Positions 53,430-64,000 of a DNA stretch of 64,000 nucleotides are shown here, one piece after another. Source of the DNA: Lama guanicoe (lineage: Eukaryota). The stretch spans positions 8,529,367 to 8,593,366 of the forward strand of contig MU054220.1 in NCBI GenBank assembly GCA_013239625.1, written 5' to 3'. The translations under genes and the position numbers were made by a program. The notes under the pieces were generated by a model. It was given only the letters and a program-made list of their open reading frames with translations. It searched no databases and was not told the origin of the DNA. Numbering within the stretch: position 1 is the first letter of the stretch; every line of letters starts with the position of its first letter.

Positions 53430-55170
53430 AAAAAAGATTAGTGGAACAGGATAAGGAGTCAGAAAGCAACCCACATAATATAGTCAATTGATCTTTAACA
53501 AAGGAGTAAAAGGCTATAAAATGGAGAAAAGATAGCCTTTCAACAAATGGTGCTGGAACAACTGGACATCCACTTGCAAAAAATGAATTTGGATACAGAT
53601 TTCATACCTTTCATAAAATTAACTCAAAACGGTGATCATGTAAAATGAAAAGCTATAAAACACCCAGAAGATGACAATGGAAAAAGTAGAGATGACTTTG
53701 AGTTTGGTGATGGGTTTTTAGATAACATACCAAAAAGTAATCCATGAAATAAGTAAGTAAGATGGGCTTCATTAAGATTAAGAATTTCTGCTCTGCAAAA
53801 GACACTGTCAAAAAAATGAGAAGACAAGCCAGACCTGGAGAAAATATTTGCAAGAGACATATCTAATAAAGGACTGCTATCTAAAACATATAAAGGGACT
53901 CTTAACAATAAGAAAATAAACAATTTAAATTAAGTAAAGGGCAATACATCTGCTTAAACACCTCATTAAAGAAGATACAATGACGGGGGGAGGGTATAGC
54001 CCAGTGGTAGGGTGCATGCTTAGCATGCACGTGGTCCTGGGTTCAATCCTGAGTACATCCTTTAAAAAAGTAAATAAATAAACTTAATTACCCTCCCCAC
54101 CCACCCCCACACAAAACATAAAATGTAATAAATTTTTTAAAATCTATTAAAAAAGAAGAAGTTATACTGATGACAAGTAAGTATATGAAAAGATATTCCA
54201 TGTCATATGTCATTAAGGAATTGAAAATTAAAACAATATGATACCACTACACACTTAGTAGAATGGCCAAAATACTAAACACTAACGTTAAATGGGGATG
54301 AGAATGTGGAGAAACAAGAACTCTCGTTCATCGCTAGTTGTAATACAAAATAGTATAGCCACTTTGGAAGACATTTTGGCAGTTTTCCTACAAAATTAGA
54401 CACTCTCTTACCAAAAGGTCCAGCCATTGTGGTCCTTGGTATTTACCCAATGAGCTGAAAACATGTCCACAAAAGAAACAAAAAATAAAAAACAAACAAA
54501 CAAACAAACAAAAACCCCTACACACAATTGTTTATAACACTTTTATTCATAATTGCCAAAACTCAGAATTCACCAAGATGTCCTCAGCAGGTGAATGGAT
54601 AAATAAACCATGCTACATCCAGACAATGGAATATTACTGTTGATGGAAAAAAGCAATGAGCTGTCAAGTCAGAGAAAAACATGAGGAAACTTTAATTCAC
54701 ATCACTAAGAAAAAGAAGCCAATTTAAAAAAAAAACTGTATACTGTGCGGTTCCAACTACATGATATTTTAGAAAAGGCAACACTATGGAGACAGTAAAA
54801 AGATCAGTGGTCCAGGGGTTAAGGGAGAGGGAGGGATGGACAGGCAGAACACAGAGGAGTTTCAGGGCAGAGAAACTATTCTATATGGCACAATAATGGT
54901 GGAGCATGTGTCCAAACTCATAGAATGTATAACACCAAAAGTGAACCTTAACGTGAACTATGGACTTTGAGTGATAATAACGAGTCAGTGGAGGTTCACT
55001 GATTATAATGAACGTACCACTCTGGTGCAGAATGTTGATGGTAAAGAAGGCTGTGTGTGGAAGGGGACAAAGGATACACGGAAACTCCCTATACTTTCCA
55101 TCCAATTTCACTTAAGTTGAACCTAAAATTCCTCTCAAAATAAAGTCTATTAAAAAAAAGAAAAGAAAAG
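53430..55170 (+). mobile_element. L1MC1/2-type 3' portion (ORF2 C-terminus and 3'UTR) with a SINE insertion
   Basis: ttcaacaaatggtgctggaacaactggacatcc (FNKWCWNNWTS) and aagtgaaccttaacgtgaactatggactttgagtgataat (L1MC 3' signature). Confidence 0.9.
53985..54153 (+). mobile_element. Camelid tRNA-Ala-derived SINE (Vic-1 type)
   Basis: ggggggagggtatagcccagtggtagggtgcatgcttagcatgcacgtggtcctgggttcaatcctgagtacatcc, then aaacttaattaccctcccc and an A-rich tail. Degenerate TSD aagaag..atac..atgac. Confidence 0.9.
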
Positions 55171-57517
55171 AAGCCTGTAAAACAGCAGTGATAACTAGCT
55201 TGGTAAGATAAGAATGTTAAACTTCTAGAGAAAAAATATTTTTTTTCATTTGCTATATTAGAAGGTGTTATTTGGTAGGAAGAAAGGGGTTTTGTCTTTT
55301 TCTGAGAAAAACCACAGGCATAAATCTTCTTTCAGAGTTGACAAAGCCTTTGCAATCTCTAACTTCAAAAAAGGCTTCTGAATTTTCTATTGATTATTAT
55401 TTGTATGCTGGTTTCAATGGGCAATTGGACTTTGGTTGATAGAACTTTAAGCGTTACTGTGAGAACAAATTTAAAAGAGTTCAATAAATCTTTGGTATGA
55501 GGAATAATGTGGGTGAGAAGCCAAGGAAGGACGGGGAGAAAGATAGTAGAGGAAAATGAAAAGCAATGGTTTCTGAGCAAAAAGATTGCCCAAGCAAAAG
55601 GTCTTTGCCTAAGGGGGGCTGAGCAGGAATGCTAAAATATTCCCCCACACGGCAATATTAATAATCCAAAGAAGTAGTAAAATCAAAGTCCTCTCTAGTA
55701 AAGTGTCCAACTTGCAAATGAGGGAATCCTACTGTCCCCAGAGTTCTCACGCAATTCTCAGTCTCCCTAGAGTAAGACTCTGATCACACTGTCTTACTCT
55801 GCAACTATCTGCCAACCCCTGAGAGGCAATGCCCCTTAGCATCTTCCTGCAAAGTCTGAGATCAAGGGCATCCATCAGTAATAAGTGACAGGACCCATAC
55901 CTGTTGGTGGGTGTTTATCTGAGGATGCTAGAGCACTTCATACTGTCAGTGTAAATACAGATGCCAGGCAAAGAAGGAGCACGGGACATAAATGAGAGTT
56001 TGCACAATATAACTGACTTTGTGTGGGACAAAAACTAACTGTAAAAACTGATAATGTAAGTATGGGCTCCTAGAAAAGGAGCACTGTATGTGGATTGGAA
56101 TTCCAACTCCAAAACTTACTGATGTCTCTATTCACTCATTCAAAAAGTATGTTCAATGTTCCAAACACTGGATATGGATATGACTTTGAGCTAATATTAA
56201 TCATTTTTCTAATCCTCACTTTTCATCATTTATAAGCAGGTGTTAATAATAATTACCTGCCTAAATTAGTATAGCGATTTTAAAAATTAAGTGATATAGT
56301 ATCTTGTTAATCTTTGTCTTTCCAAAATGTGTAATTTACACACAATCCACGTTGTTTTCCCCCTAGTCATGGAGGCTCACAGTTTTTTCTACCATAACCT
56401 GGAACTGAAAGAATCTTACTACATTTTGATATTCAAACTTTAGCAAAGTTTCTTTACATTTTATGTGAGCATGACCTGGGGTCAGGTATTTGTTTGTATC
56501 CAAGATTACAAAATTCCATACTACAGTCACCACATTTGGAAACTGAAGTCCCAAGTCGAGGTTACTGGGAAACACAAAAGGAAGGGAAATTAAGGATTAA
56601 GGGCTGCCTGCTGCAAAGCTGCAGAACACTCCTTGTACTAGAGATGAAATGATTCAATTCAATTCCACAGCAGAATGATGTGAAAATGAAACTGATGGGA
56701 GAGCAAATGGAAACAGCTGTGTTTTACTGCAACACAGACAGCCTGCACATTTTGCTGCTTATTTATAATGAAAACGGAAATTGTAAGTGACAGGTGGAGG
56801 GTAGTTTATAAAGCAAACATTTTGAAGCCTTGGAGGTGCTATTGCTTAATGAAAGGCAAGCGGCTGCTGCTTCCATTTTTTTTTTTAATGCATGGTCACT
56901 GAATTCTCCTAAAATGATGGAAACGAACATTGGACAATAGGGTCTCTTCTGCAGAAATGAAGTCCAAAAGTAGGCAGAACAATGCTGGTGCCATAGGTCA
57001 AAGATCAAGATAGTGACCGAGGATTCTTCTGTGTTTTCTTCCTCTCATGCGGGTTTTCTCCCCATGGTCCCCCATTCCCTGCTGTACCTCCAAGCTTGTA
57101 TCTTCATTGACAACCCCTCCTTGAAGACAACTGGGGTAAAACGGGTTGAATTTTGATTGAGTCAGCAAGCAAACAGGACCTAGCTTGCTATCAGCAAAAG
57201 TAACAACATTTTCTGCATCTCATAGGTATTGTCTATATGCCTAAGTAACTTTGGCCTATAAACACATTTTTTTTCTGATGGCGCCTCTTGGTTTCAGTCT
57301 GGTAACACAGGATTTTCCATTACCGTGGTCCTCTTATTCCAAGAATTCAGAGGCAATTTGGCTCAAAGGGTCAACTACAGCTTTGCACTGTGACTGCCAG
57401 CCGTTTTCCCTAATAGTGAGGCTTGCAGCTAAGTCTGGATTCATTGTTCTGTACTTTTATTATTTGACAAGATTTGTTTTACAAAGGCTTGTTTTTCCCT
57501 CCTACTCTGCATCCCCC

Positions 57518-57518
<1 letters not shown>

Positions 57519-57558
<40 letters not shown>
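57519..57558. repeat. (CA)n microsatellite, about 20 units
   Basis: Direct reading. Confidence 0.95.
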
Positions 57559-57561
<3 letters not shown>

Positions 57562-58089
57562 ATCTAAGTGGTGATATCTACTTACACACTAACACAGTTT
57601 TCGCCCATCTTATGACACCCTGAGAAAGACTGTGTTTTAACACATTTAGTTTCCTTTTTTGGGCTTGTGTGAAAGATCTGCTATCTTGGCTTTGTGATCA
57701 TTTAGGCCTGGCTTATTACAAGTATCCACAATGAGATTTCCTTTCATGCTTAAAGACAAATGGCAAAATGGTATAGTAAGCTCAGCTGGGAAAGAGTATC
57801 CATCCAAAAATTTTTTGCTCCGTGCCAGGCTGGACATCATGAGAGGTGAAGAGTAGGTACCTCAGACTCAAGCTGGAGGCGGACTCACACGGGAATAATG
57901 ACATCATAGGGTGATGACAGGCTAGATTAGCATCATGACCAAGCTAGGATGGGAGAACAAAGGGGTACTGTCTAAGTATGCCCAGGGAAGTGAAGGGGTC
58001 TTCCATAATGGAGAGTGTACTTGAACTGAATCTTAGAAAAAAACTAGAATCTAATTATAAAAAAGAAGTGGAGAGGGATGACATTAGCA

Positions 58090-58690
58090 AGAGAGCAGAA
58101 CAGAAAGTCCCAGTTACTGTTACTCACATAGAAACACTAATTTAACAACAAAATACAACCCAAAATATCTTTACAGAAAGTCCATAATCTAGTTAAGAAG
58201 ATGTAGTACACCTGACTAACACAAACCCCAAGAATAACCATGGTGAAATGCATAGGACCCTTGTCAGTTCAGAGCCAGTTACTCTGTCTAATTAGGAATC
58301 TGTATACACAGGTCCAGGGAAAGTAAATCCATAGGAAATGTCTAAGAGGCTCTCACAGTCAACCAGCCAGACTACTGGTGAAGACCTTACCCTGTCAAAT
58401 CTAGTCCTTAGAGACTGAGAAGGATGACTGTTTCTTAAAATGCCCAGACACGAACACAAAGTTCCAAGGAACACAAAGAATAAGGGAAATGTGACATAAT
58501 CAAAGAAACAAAACAAATTACCTAAGTTGCCTGACAAGGAATTCAAAATAATTATCTTAAAGAAGCTCAGTGAGTTAGAAGAGAAAATACATAACAGCTA
58601 AAAAAAATTCAGAAAATAATACCGGAACAAAATGAGAATATCAACAAAGAGAAACTAAGTAGAAATAAACAGAAATTCAAACCTAAAGCA
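58090..58690 (+). mobile_element. L1M 5'UTR/ORF1 fragments
   Basis: ttgcctgacaaggaattcaaaataattatcttaaagaagctcagtgagtta (LPDKEFKIIILKKLSEL, ORF1). Confidence 0.85.
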
Positions 58691-58692
58691 CA

Positions 58693-58999
58693 TAGTCATC
58701 CCTTGGCATCCACAGGGCATTGGTTCCAGGACCCACCATGAGTACCAAAATCCACAGATGCTCCAATTCCTCATATAAAATGGTGTGGTATTTGCCTATA
58801 TCCTACGCACATAGCCCTATATACTTTAAATCACCTCTAGATTACTTATAATAACTATTACAATGTAAATGCTTTGTAAATACAATGTAAATGCTATGCA
58901 AATAGTTGCTGGAGCATGACAAGTTCAAATTTTACTTCTTGGAAATTTCTGAAACGTTTTTTCCAAGCATTTCCTATTTGTGGTTTGCTGAACCTGTAT
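58693..58999 (+). mobile_element. MER2 (TcMar-Tigger) MITE, 3'-truncated
   Basis: agtcatcccttggcatccacagggcattggttccaggaccc...taccaaaatccacagatgctc...atatactttaaatcacctctagattacttataata. Confidence 0.9.
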
Positions 59000-60682
59000 A
59001 CAACCTACAAAGAATGAATTTTGAACAAACAGAAAATTTGAATAGACCTATAACCTGTAAAGAGATTGAATCAGTAATCAAAACCTACTAACCAAAAAAA
59101 TACAATAAACAAACCCCCCAATTAATATGTAACCACAAAGCAACTCAAATATCCAAAACAATCTTGAGAAGGAAGAGGGCTGGAGGCATCTCACTTCCTG
59201 ATCTCAAAATATATTACAAAGCTACAGTATTAAAACAATCTGATACTGGCATAAAGACAGATATATTTGCAATAGAACCGAATAGAGAGCTCAGAAATAA
59301 AACCACAAGTATATAGTACTGATCTTCAAAAGGATGGTAGGAAAACACAACAAGGAAAGGTTAGTCCCTTCAGTAAATGGTGCTGGGAAAGCTGGATATT
59401 CACATGCAAAAGAATGAAATAGGACCCCTATCTCACCCCATACACACTCACATACACACAAAAAGCAAGTAGAAGTGTATTAAAGTTAATAGTGAGAACT
59501 GAAACTGTACAACTCGTAGAAAAAATCATAAGGAAAAAGCTTCATGACTTTGGTCTTGGCAACAATTTCTTGAATATGATGCCAAAGCACAGGCAAAAAA
59601 GCAAAAATAAACAAGTGAGTACTTCAAAATAAAGAGCTCCTGCACAACAAAGGAAAAAAAAATTTTAATGAAAAGGAAACCTACAGAATGGGAGAAAATA
59701 TTTTCAAACCATCTATCTGACAAGGAGTTAATATCCAAAATATATGAGAAACTCCCTCAACTCAATAGCAAAAAAATCAGATAACTTGATTTAAAAATGG
59801 GCTTAGGATTTGAACAGACATTTCTCCAAAGAAGATGTACAAATAGTCAACAGGTACATGAAAAGATGTTCAATGACACTAGTCATCAGGGAAATGCAAA
59901 CTGAGATCACAGTAAGATAGTATCTCACACCTGTTATTGTAGCTATTATCAAAAAAAATTGACAAGTATTTTAAGGATGTGTGGCACTTGGAACCTTTGC
60001 ACTTAGTTGGCGGAAATGCAAAATGGTGCAGTCATTATGGAAAACTATATAAAGGTTCCTTTAGAAATTAAAAAAAAAAGTTACCATGTGATCCAGGAAT
60101 CCCAATTCTAGATATTTATCCAAAAGAATTGAAATTAGGATCTTGAAGAGTTTATCAGCAGTCCCATGTTCATTATAGTACTATTCACAGTAGCCAAGAT
60201 GTGGAAACAACCTGAATGTCCATGGGACAGATGAACAGATAAAGAAAACATGGTATCGATTAATTATGAAATGTTATGCAGCCTTAAAAAAAAAGAAAGA
60301 AACCATGCTACATGTGACAACATAGATAAGCCTAGAGGACATTATGCTAAGTGAAATAAGTCAATAACAGAAGGACAAATACTGCATGATTCCACTTATT
60401 TTTACATATCGAAAATAGTTAAAGCCATAGAAGTAGAGAGTGGAATAGTGGTTGGTAGCACCAGTGGAGAGGGAAAATGAGGAGTTGCTGTTAAAGGTTC
60501 AGCTATACAAGACGAATAATTCTAGAGATCGTCTGTATAACATGGTGCCTATAGTTAACAATACTTTATTGTACCTTTTAAAAATTTTAAGATCTCATAT
60601 CAAGTGTTCCTACCATACTAAATTTTTTTAAGAGAGTAAGTTTCACATTAGGTGTTTCACAACAATAATATTAAAAAAAAAA
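59000..60682 (+). mobile_element. L1MA8/9-type ORF2 3' part and 3'UTR
   Basis: aatttgaatagacctataacc..aagagattgaatcagtaatc, taaatggtgctgggaaa, cctacagaatgggagaaaatattttcaaacc, tctgtataacatggtgcctatagttaacaatac. Confidence 0.9.
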
Positions 60683-61884
60683 GAAGGTATAAGGATATTT
60701 CTAGAAATAAGGGCAAGGAGATGAAGGTTTAAAAGAGGAGGACAAAATCCTGTGTGATGAGATCAAACAGTCTTGGGAAACTGACTGGCAGGGGTTAAGG
60801 ATGGAGAATCTGAAGGATGTGGTGATTAGTCAGGACAGGAAGGTCAGGGCCAGATAGTAATGCACCTTTCATGCCATCGTAATGCATTTTACTATTACAC
60901 TCTGCCCTCAGAGACACAGAAAGAATTTATGACCTGCGTCAGTTATCAGATTCAGTTAGATATAATTAGATGGTCCAGAATTGTATGTTTTCCATATGTA
61001 TTACAGCCAAACATTCAGAAGTATGGCTATGACTCAATCGTTTAGGAATGGAAAGACTGGGTTTATTTTTCCTCAAGAAAAAAAAAAAGGAACAACAACA
61101 ACAACAAGAAAGATAATAGAAAAGATTGGGAATAAATCCTGAAGGCAATGGAAAAATACTTTGATGTGTCTTTTTAATTATTTTCTTATTGGTGATAAAA
61201 AATGACCTACCACACAGAAGATTTTAATTTAGGAGATAATATAATCCAACTTGGATTTTTGAATGCTACCTCTCAAAGCAAAGTGGAGGATGGCTTAGAA
61301 AATTTCTGGTGTTTGAGGTTTGGAATATCTGTTAGATGATTATTCACAATGAATCTTTTTTTGGAGATCCATTATTCTAGAAAGCATTTAAAATAAGGGG
61401 TCTAAAATTTTCATTCTCATGACATTTTAACACAGTCCATGTTGTTAGTAATGTAATTCTGTAAGAGAGGTTACTACAAGGGAAATTTTTAAAATTCCAA
61501 TTTTCCACACACTGTGTCCAATATGTTCTGTACACTCAAAAGGACAAAACTGGATATTTATGTTACTATCTCTTCTTATAGTCAGGGTGTAATTATTTAA
61601 TCAATATTTATTTGCCAAATAAAGTAGACATCTTTATATCTTAGAAGTTTTATTGTAGGTATATATTAGTTTTTCTTGTAAATTAAAATTCCTTTTTTTT
61701 TTTGATCCTCATATTTCTCTAGGACTAAATTTTGAGGATTCAAAATTAAAGTGTGACGCTGTCATCAAGAGGAGAAAGATTTCAAATGAATTAATTTTAT
61801 TTCATAAATATAGGGAAAATAATGTCATGTCAGAAATGAAGTGATATTATTTAGGTAATTAGGGAAGCTGAATTTCTAAAAAAA

Positions 61885-61975
61885 TGACTGTTCCTTACTA
61901 GTTGTGAGACTTAAGACAACTCACTTAACCCTGATTGGACCTTTGTTTCCTCACTTGTGAAATGAGAGTTTGGAA
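61885..61975 (+). mobile_element. MIR core fragment
   Basis: ttactagttgtgagacttaagacaactcacttaacc...cctttgtttcctcacttgtgaaatgag. Confidence 0.75.
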
Positions 61976-62285
61976 CTTCAGACTTCATAAATGTATAAGT
62001 TCAGCCAAACTTCAGAAAGTTTTCCCTCTGGGGCCAGATATAGTCTCAGAATTTTTCCAAATACTCTTCTCCTAGTAGTTATGACAGATCAACTGAAATG
62101 GCCAGTCTAAACAAAGCTGGTTTCTTTTCCTAGCCTGGCTAGGATCTAAGGAAACTTCTAACTCAATATATGCATCTAATTCTAGTAAACTTGCTTCATT
62201 CTAATAATGCTTGTTCATTTAGTCAACAAAAAGTTATTTAAAACCTACCAGTGATACAAAATGTGCAGGGCATTAAGATCACTAA

Positions 62286-62330
62286 GGAGGAGGGGAGGAG
62301 GGGAGGGGAGGAGGGGAGCGGAAGGAGGAG
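62286..62330 (+). repeat. GA-rich polypurine tract with four GGGG runs
   Basis: ggaggaggggaggaggggaggggaggaggggagcggaaggaggag. Confidence 0.9.
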
Positions 62331-63429
62331 ATAAATTGATCGTGGCCCCTTGTTTGGAAGAATTTATGGACTAATGGCGGCAGAAGCAGGAGAGACAGGT
62401 AACAAATGGCCACATGGCTTCCAAAGAAATAGCTATATATTTTTTCAAATACCCATATTTTTCCTTTCCTCAAGGATTTCTCTTGTTTTGACTTCGAAAT
62501 TAGGAGCAATCCTGTGCACCAATTTGCCATACTGCAGTCATTTTTCTTCCAACAGATGGTGTACTACTTAAGAGTTATCAAAAGCATCAGATAGAAGAAT
62601 GCTTACAAAATGGATACTAGAATTCACATCAGTTTCTACAGAGCAATGGCGGGAGTCCCTGTGACATGTCTGCTATTGACGTGTCTCTTAACGTTAAGTC
62701 TTCTGTCATAGAGACAAATCATTTCCACCACGTCTATCGACATAAAACACGCAAGAGTGAAAAGAAAGGGGAGGGGAGCCTGAGGATTATAGTGTTTGTG
62801 GCAGAGAAAGCAGCATGTTTCTAAACCAGTTAAATTAGTCTTGGGTTTAAGTGAGTTAAATCACTGCCCGTAACTAACTGCATATTAAAATATGAGACAG
62901 GGGTTCAGTCTTTAAAACATTAAGAACATAAAGCAGAAGTTCTCAGTGGAGAGGTAATATAAAAATTGCCTAGGTAACATTTTAAAATATTTTTGAACAT
63001 GTCTTCATAGTGCTTAAAATTAATTGTGGCAAACCATGTTGGATTGAGCTAGGGTAGAACTATCCACATTTTTGATCTATGTATTTTCAGGTCTCTGTAT
63101 CCAAACTTAGTCACACGTTGAACTGACAAAGGAATAGTATTAAAATCTTCATAACCCCTGTGTTTTTCTTAAAGCAGAGTTCATTGAATTTTTGTTGTTG
63201 TTGCTCAGGGCTATTGAATTTTCTAGTTAACAATCACCTGGACTTACTATATCTTGTCTTTAAGATTCTGATGCATTTTTCTTAGGGGAATGCTGGTGCA
63301 AATAAATGACATTAAATACATTATCAAGATCTGTTGGGCTAGTGACTATCTGAACGTTGCAGCAAAAAGAAAAGAAGAAAAGAAAAAGAACGATTGTTGA
63401 GATACAAACTAGCAGAATGTGTATTAATT

Positions 63430-63640
63430 CGAAGTCCAAGTTTTGAAGCTGGACATGGGTAGGTTCTAACCTGCATTCTGTCACTTATCAGTAGTGTGAC
63501 TGACCTAGTTAAACACTCCAAACTTTAGCTTTCTCATGTGCAGGTGGAAAGAATTATATCAACGCAACTCCATCAATTTTTGTGACGTTTACAAAATAGA
63601 CTATATATAAAGCACGAATGTGATATGTGTCCTCAAAAGA
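63430..63640 (+). mobile_element. MIR
   Basis: ggttctaacctgcattctgtcacttatcagtagtgtgact...tttagctttctcatgtgca. Confidence 0.7.
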
Positions 63641-64000
63641 GTGATTATTGTCATTTGCTCTCCCAAAGTGCACCTCCCAATAATGGAAATTTGGATATAA
63701 CACAAATGGCATTTGGCTCTTATCCTCTGCAGTTACTCAAAATGATCATTCCATCAACCTCGACAATGCATGGTATGTGACTGAATGTTTGAGCACGAAT
63801 TACAACATCTTGGCAGGGCTTTGCTCTACCACGCCCGTTTAATTTAGGAAAGAGCCTGTACTGTTGCAGTCAGGAGGGTAAATTCATTTATCTTGCACAG
63901 TGCATTTTTGGACAGAATAATAATCCTGATTGTTTTTTTTTTTTAATCTGCAAAATGGGAATAATCACACCTAGTAAACTTAGATGAGCTACACCACAAC

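Noticed and set aside
53985..54062. tRNA-Ala(AGC) gene (also 28770-28846)
   Set aside because: Stem mismatches, extra 5' Gs, a SINE body and an A-rich tail show these are SINE heads, not tRNA genes.
58857..58904. Short local duplications (22 bp here; others near 3410, 16700, 21570, 25010 and 45330)
   Set aside because: Ordinary two-copy slippage duplications with no spacer-repeat array structure.
1..64000. CRISPR array, prokaryotic operon, defence system or non-retroviral endogenous viral element
   Set aside because: The sequence is mammalian. I saw no regularly spaced repeats, long ORFs or recognisable viral protein motifs. A very decayed viral element cannot be excluded without a translated search.

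Overview
AT-rich, repeat-dense mammalian intergenic or deep-intronic DNA. It is very probably camelid (camel/llama/alpaca), judged from two tRNA-Ala(AGC)-derived Vic-1-type SINEs and artiodactyl-type L1 3' ends. I find no intact protein-coding gene, RNA gene or CRISPR array, and the supplied ORFs are repeat fragments, pseudogene fragments or chance ORFs. Main contents: (1) a near full-length, intronless, heavily decayed processed pseudogene of DNAAF11/LRRC6 on the minus strand (CDS-equivalent about 35040 to 33717), inserted in an old L1 and apparently interrupted by an internally deleted L1 whose 5'UTR is fused to its 3' end; (2) a very degenerate non-L1 LINE reverse-transcriptase relic (about 18.0-20.7 kb, probably RTE-X/L4-like), recognisable only from the order and spacing of its motifs across frameshifts, and split by a young L1; (3) a deleted MLT2/ERVL provirus containing a young L1 with a 16-bp TSD, a twin-priming 5' inversion and a short putative 3' transduction; (4) many L1M, L2, MIR, MaLR, ERV1 solo LTR and hAT/Tigger fossils. 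I see no convincing new functional system. Repeat family names come from my recollection of consensus sequences, not from a database search, and boundaries of old repeats are approximate.
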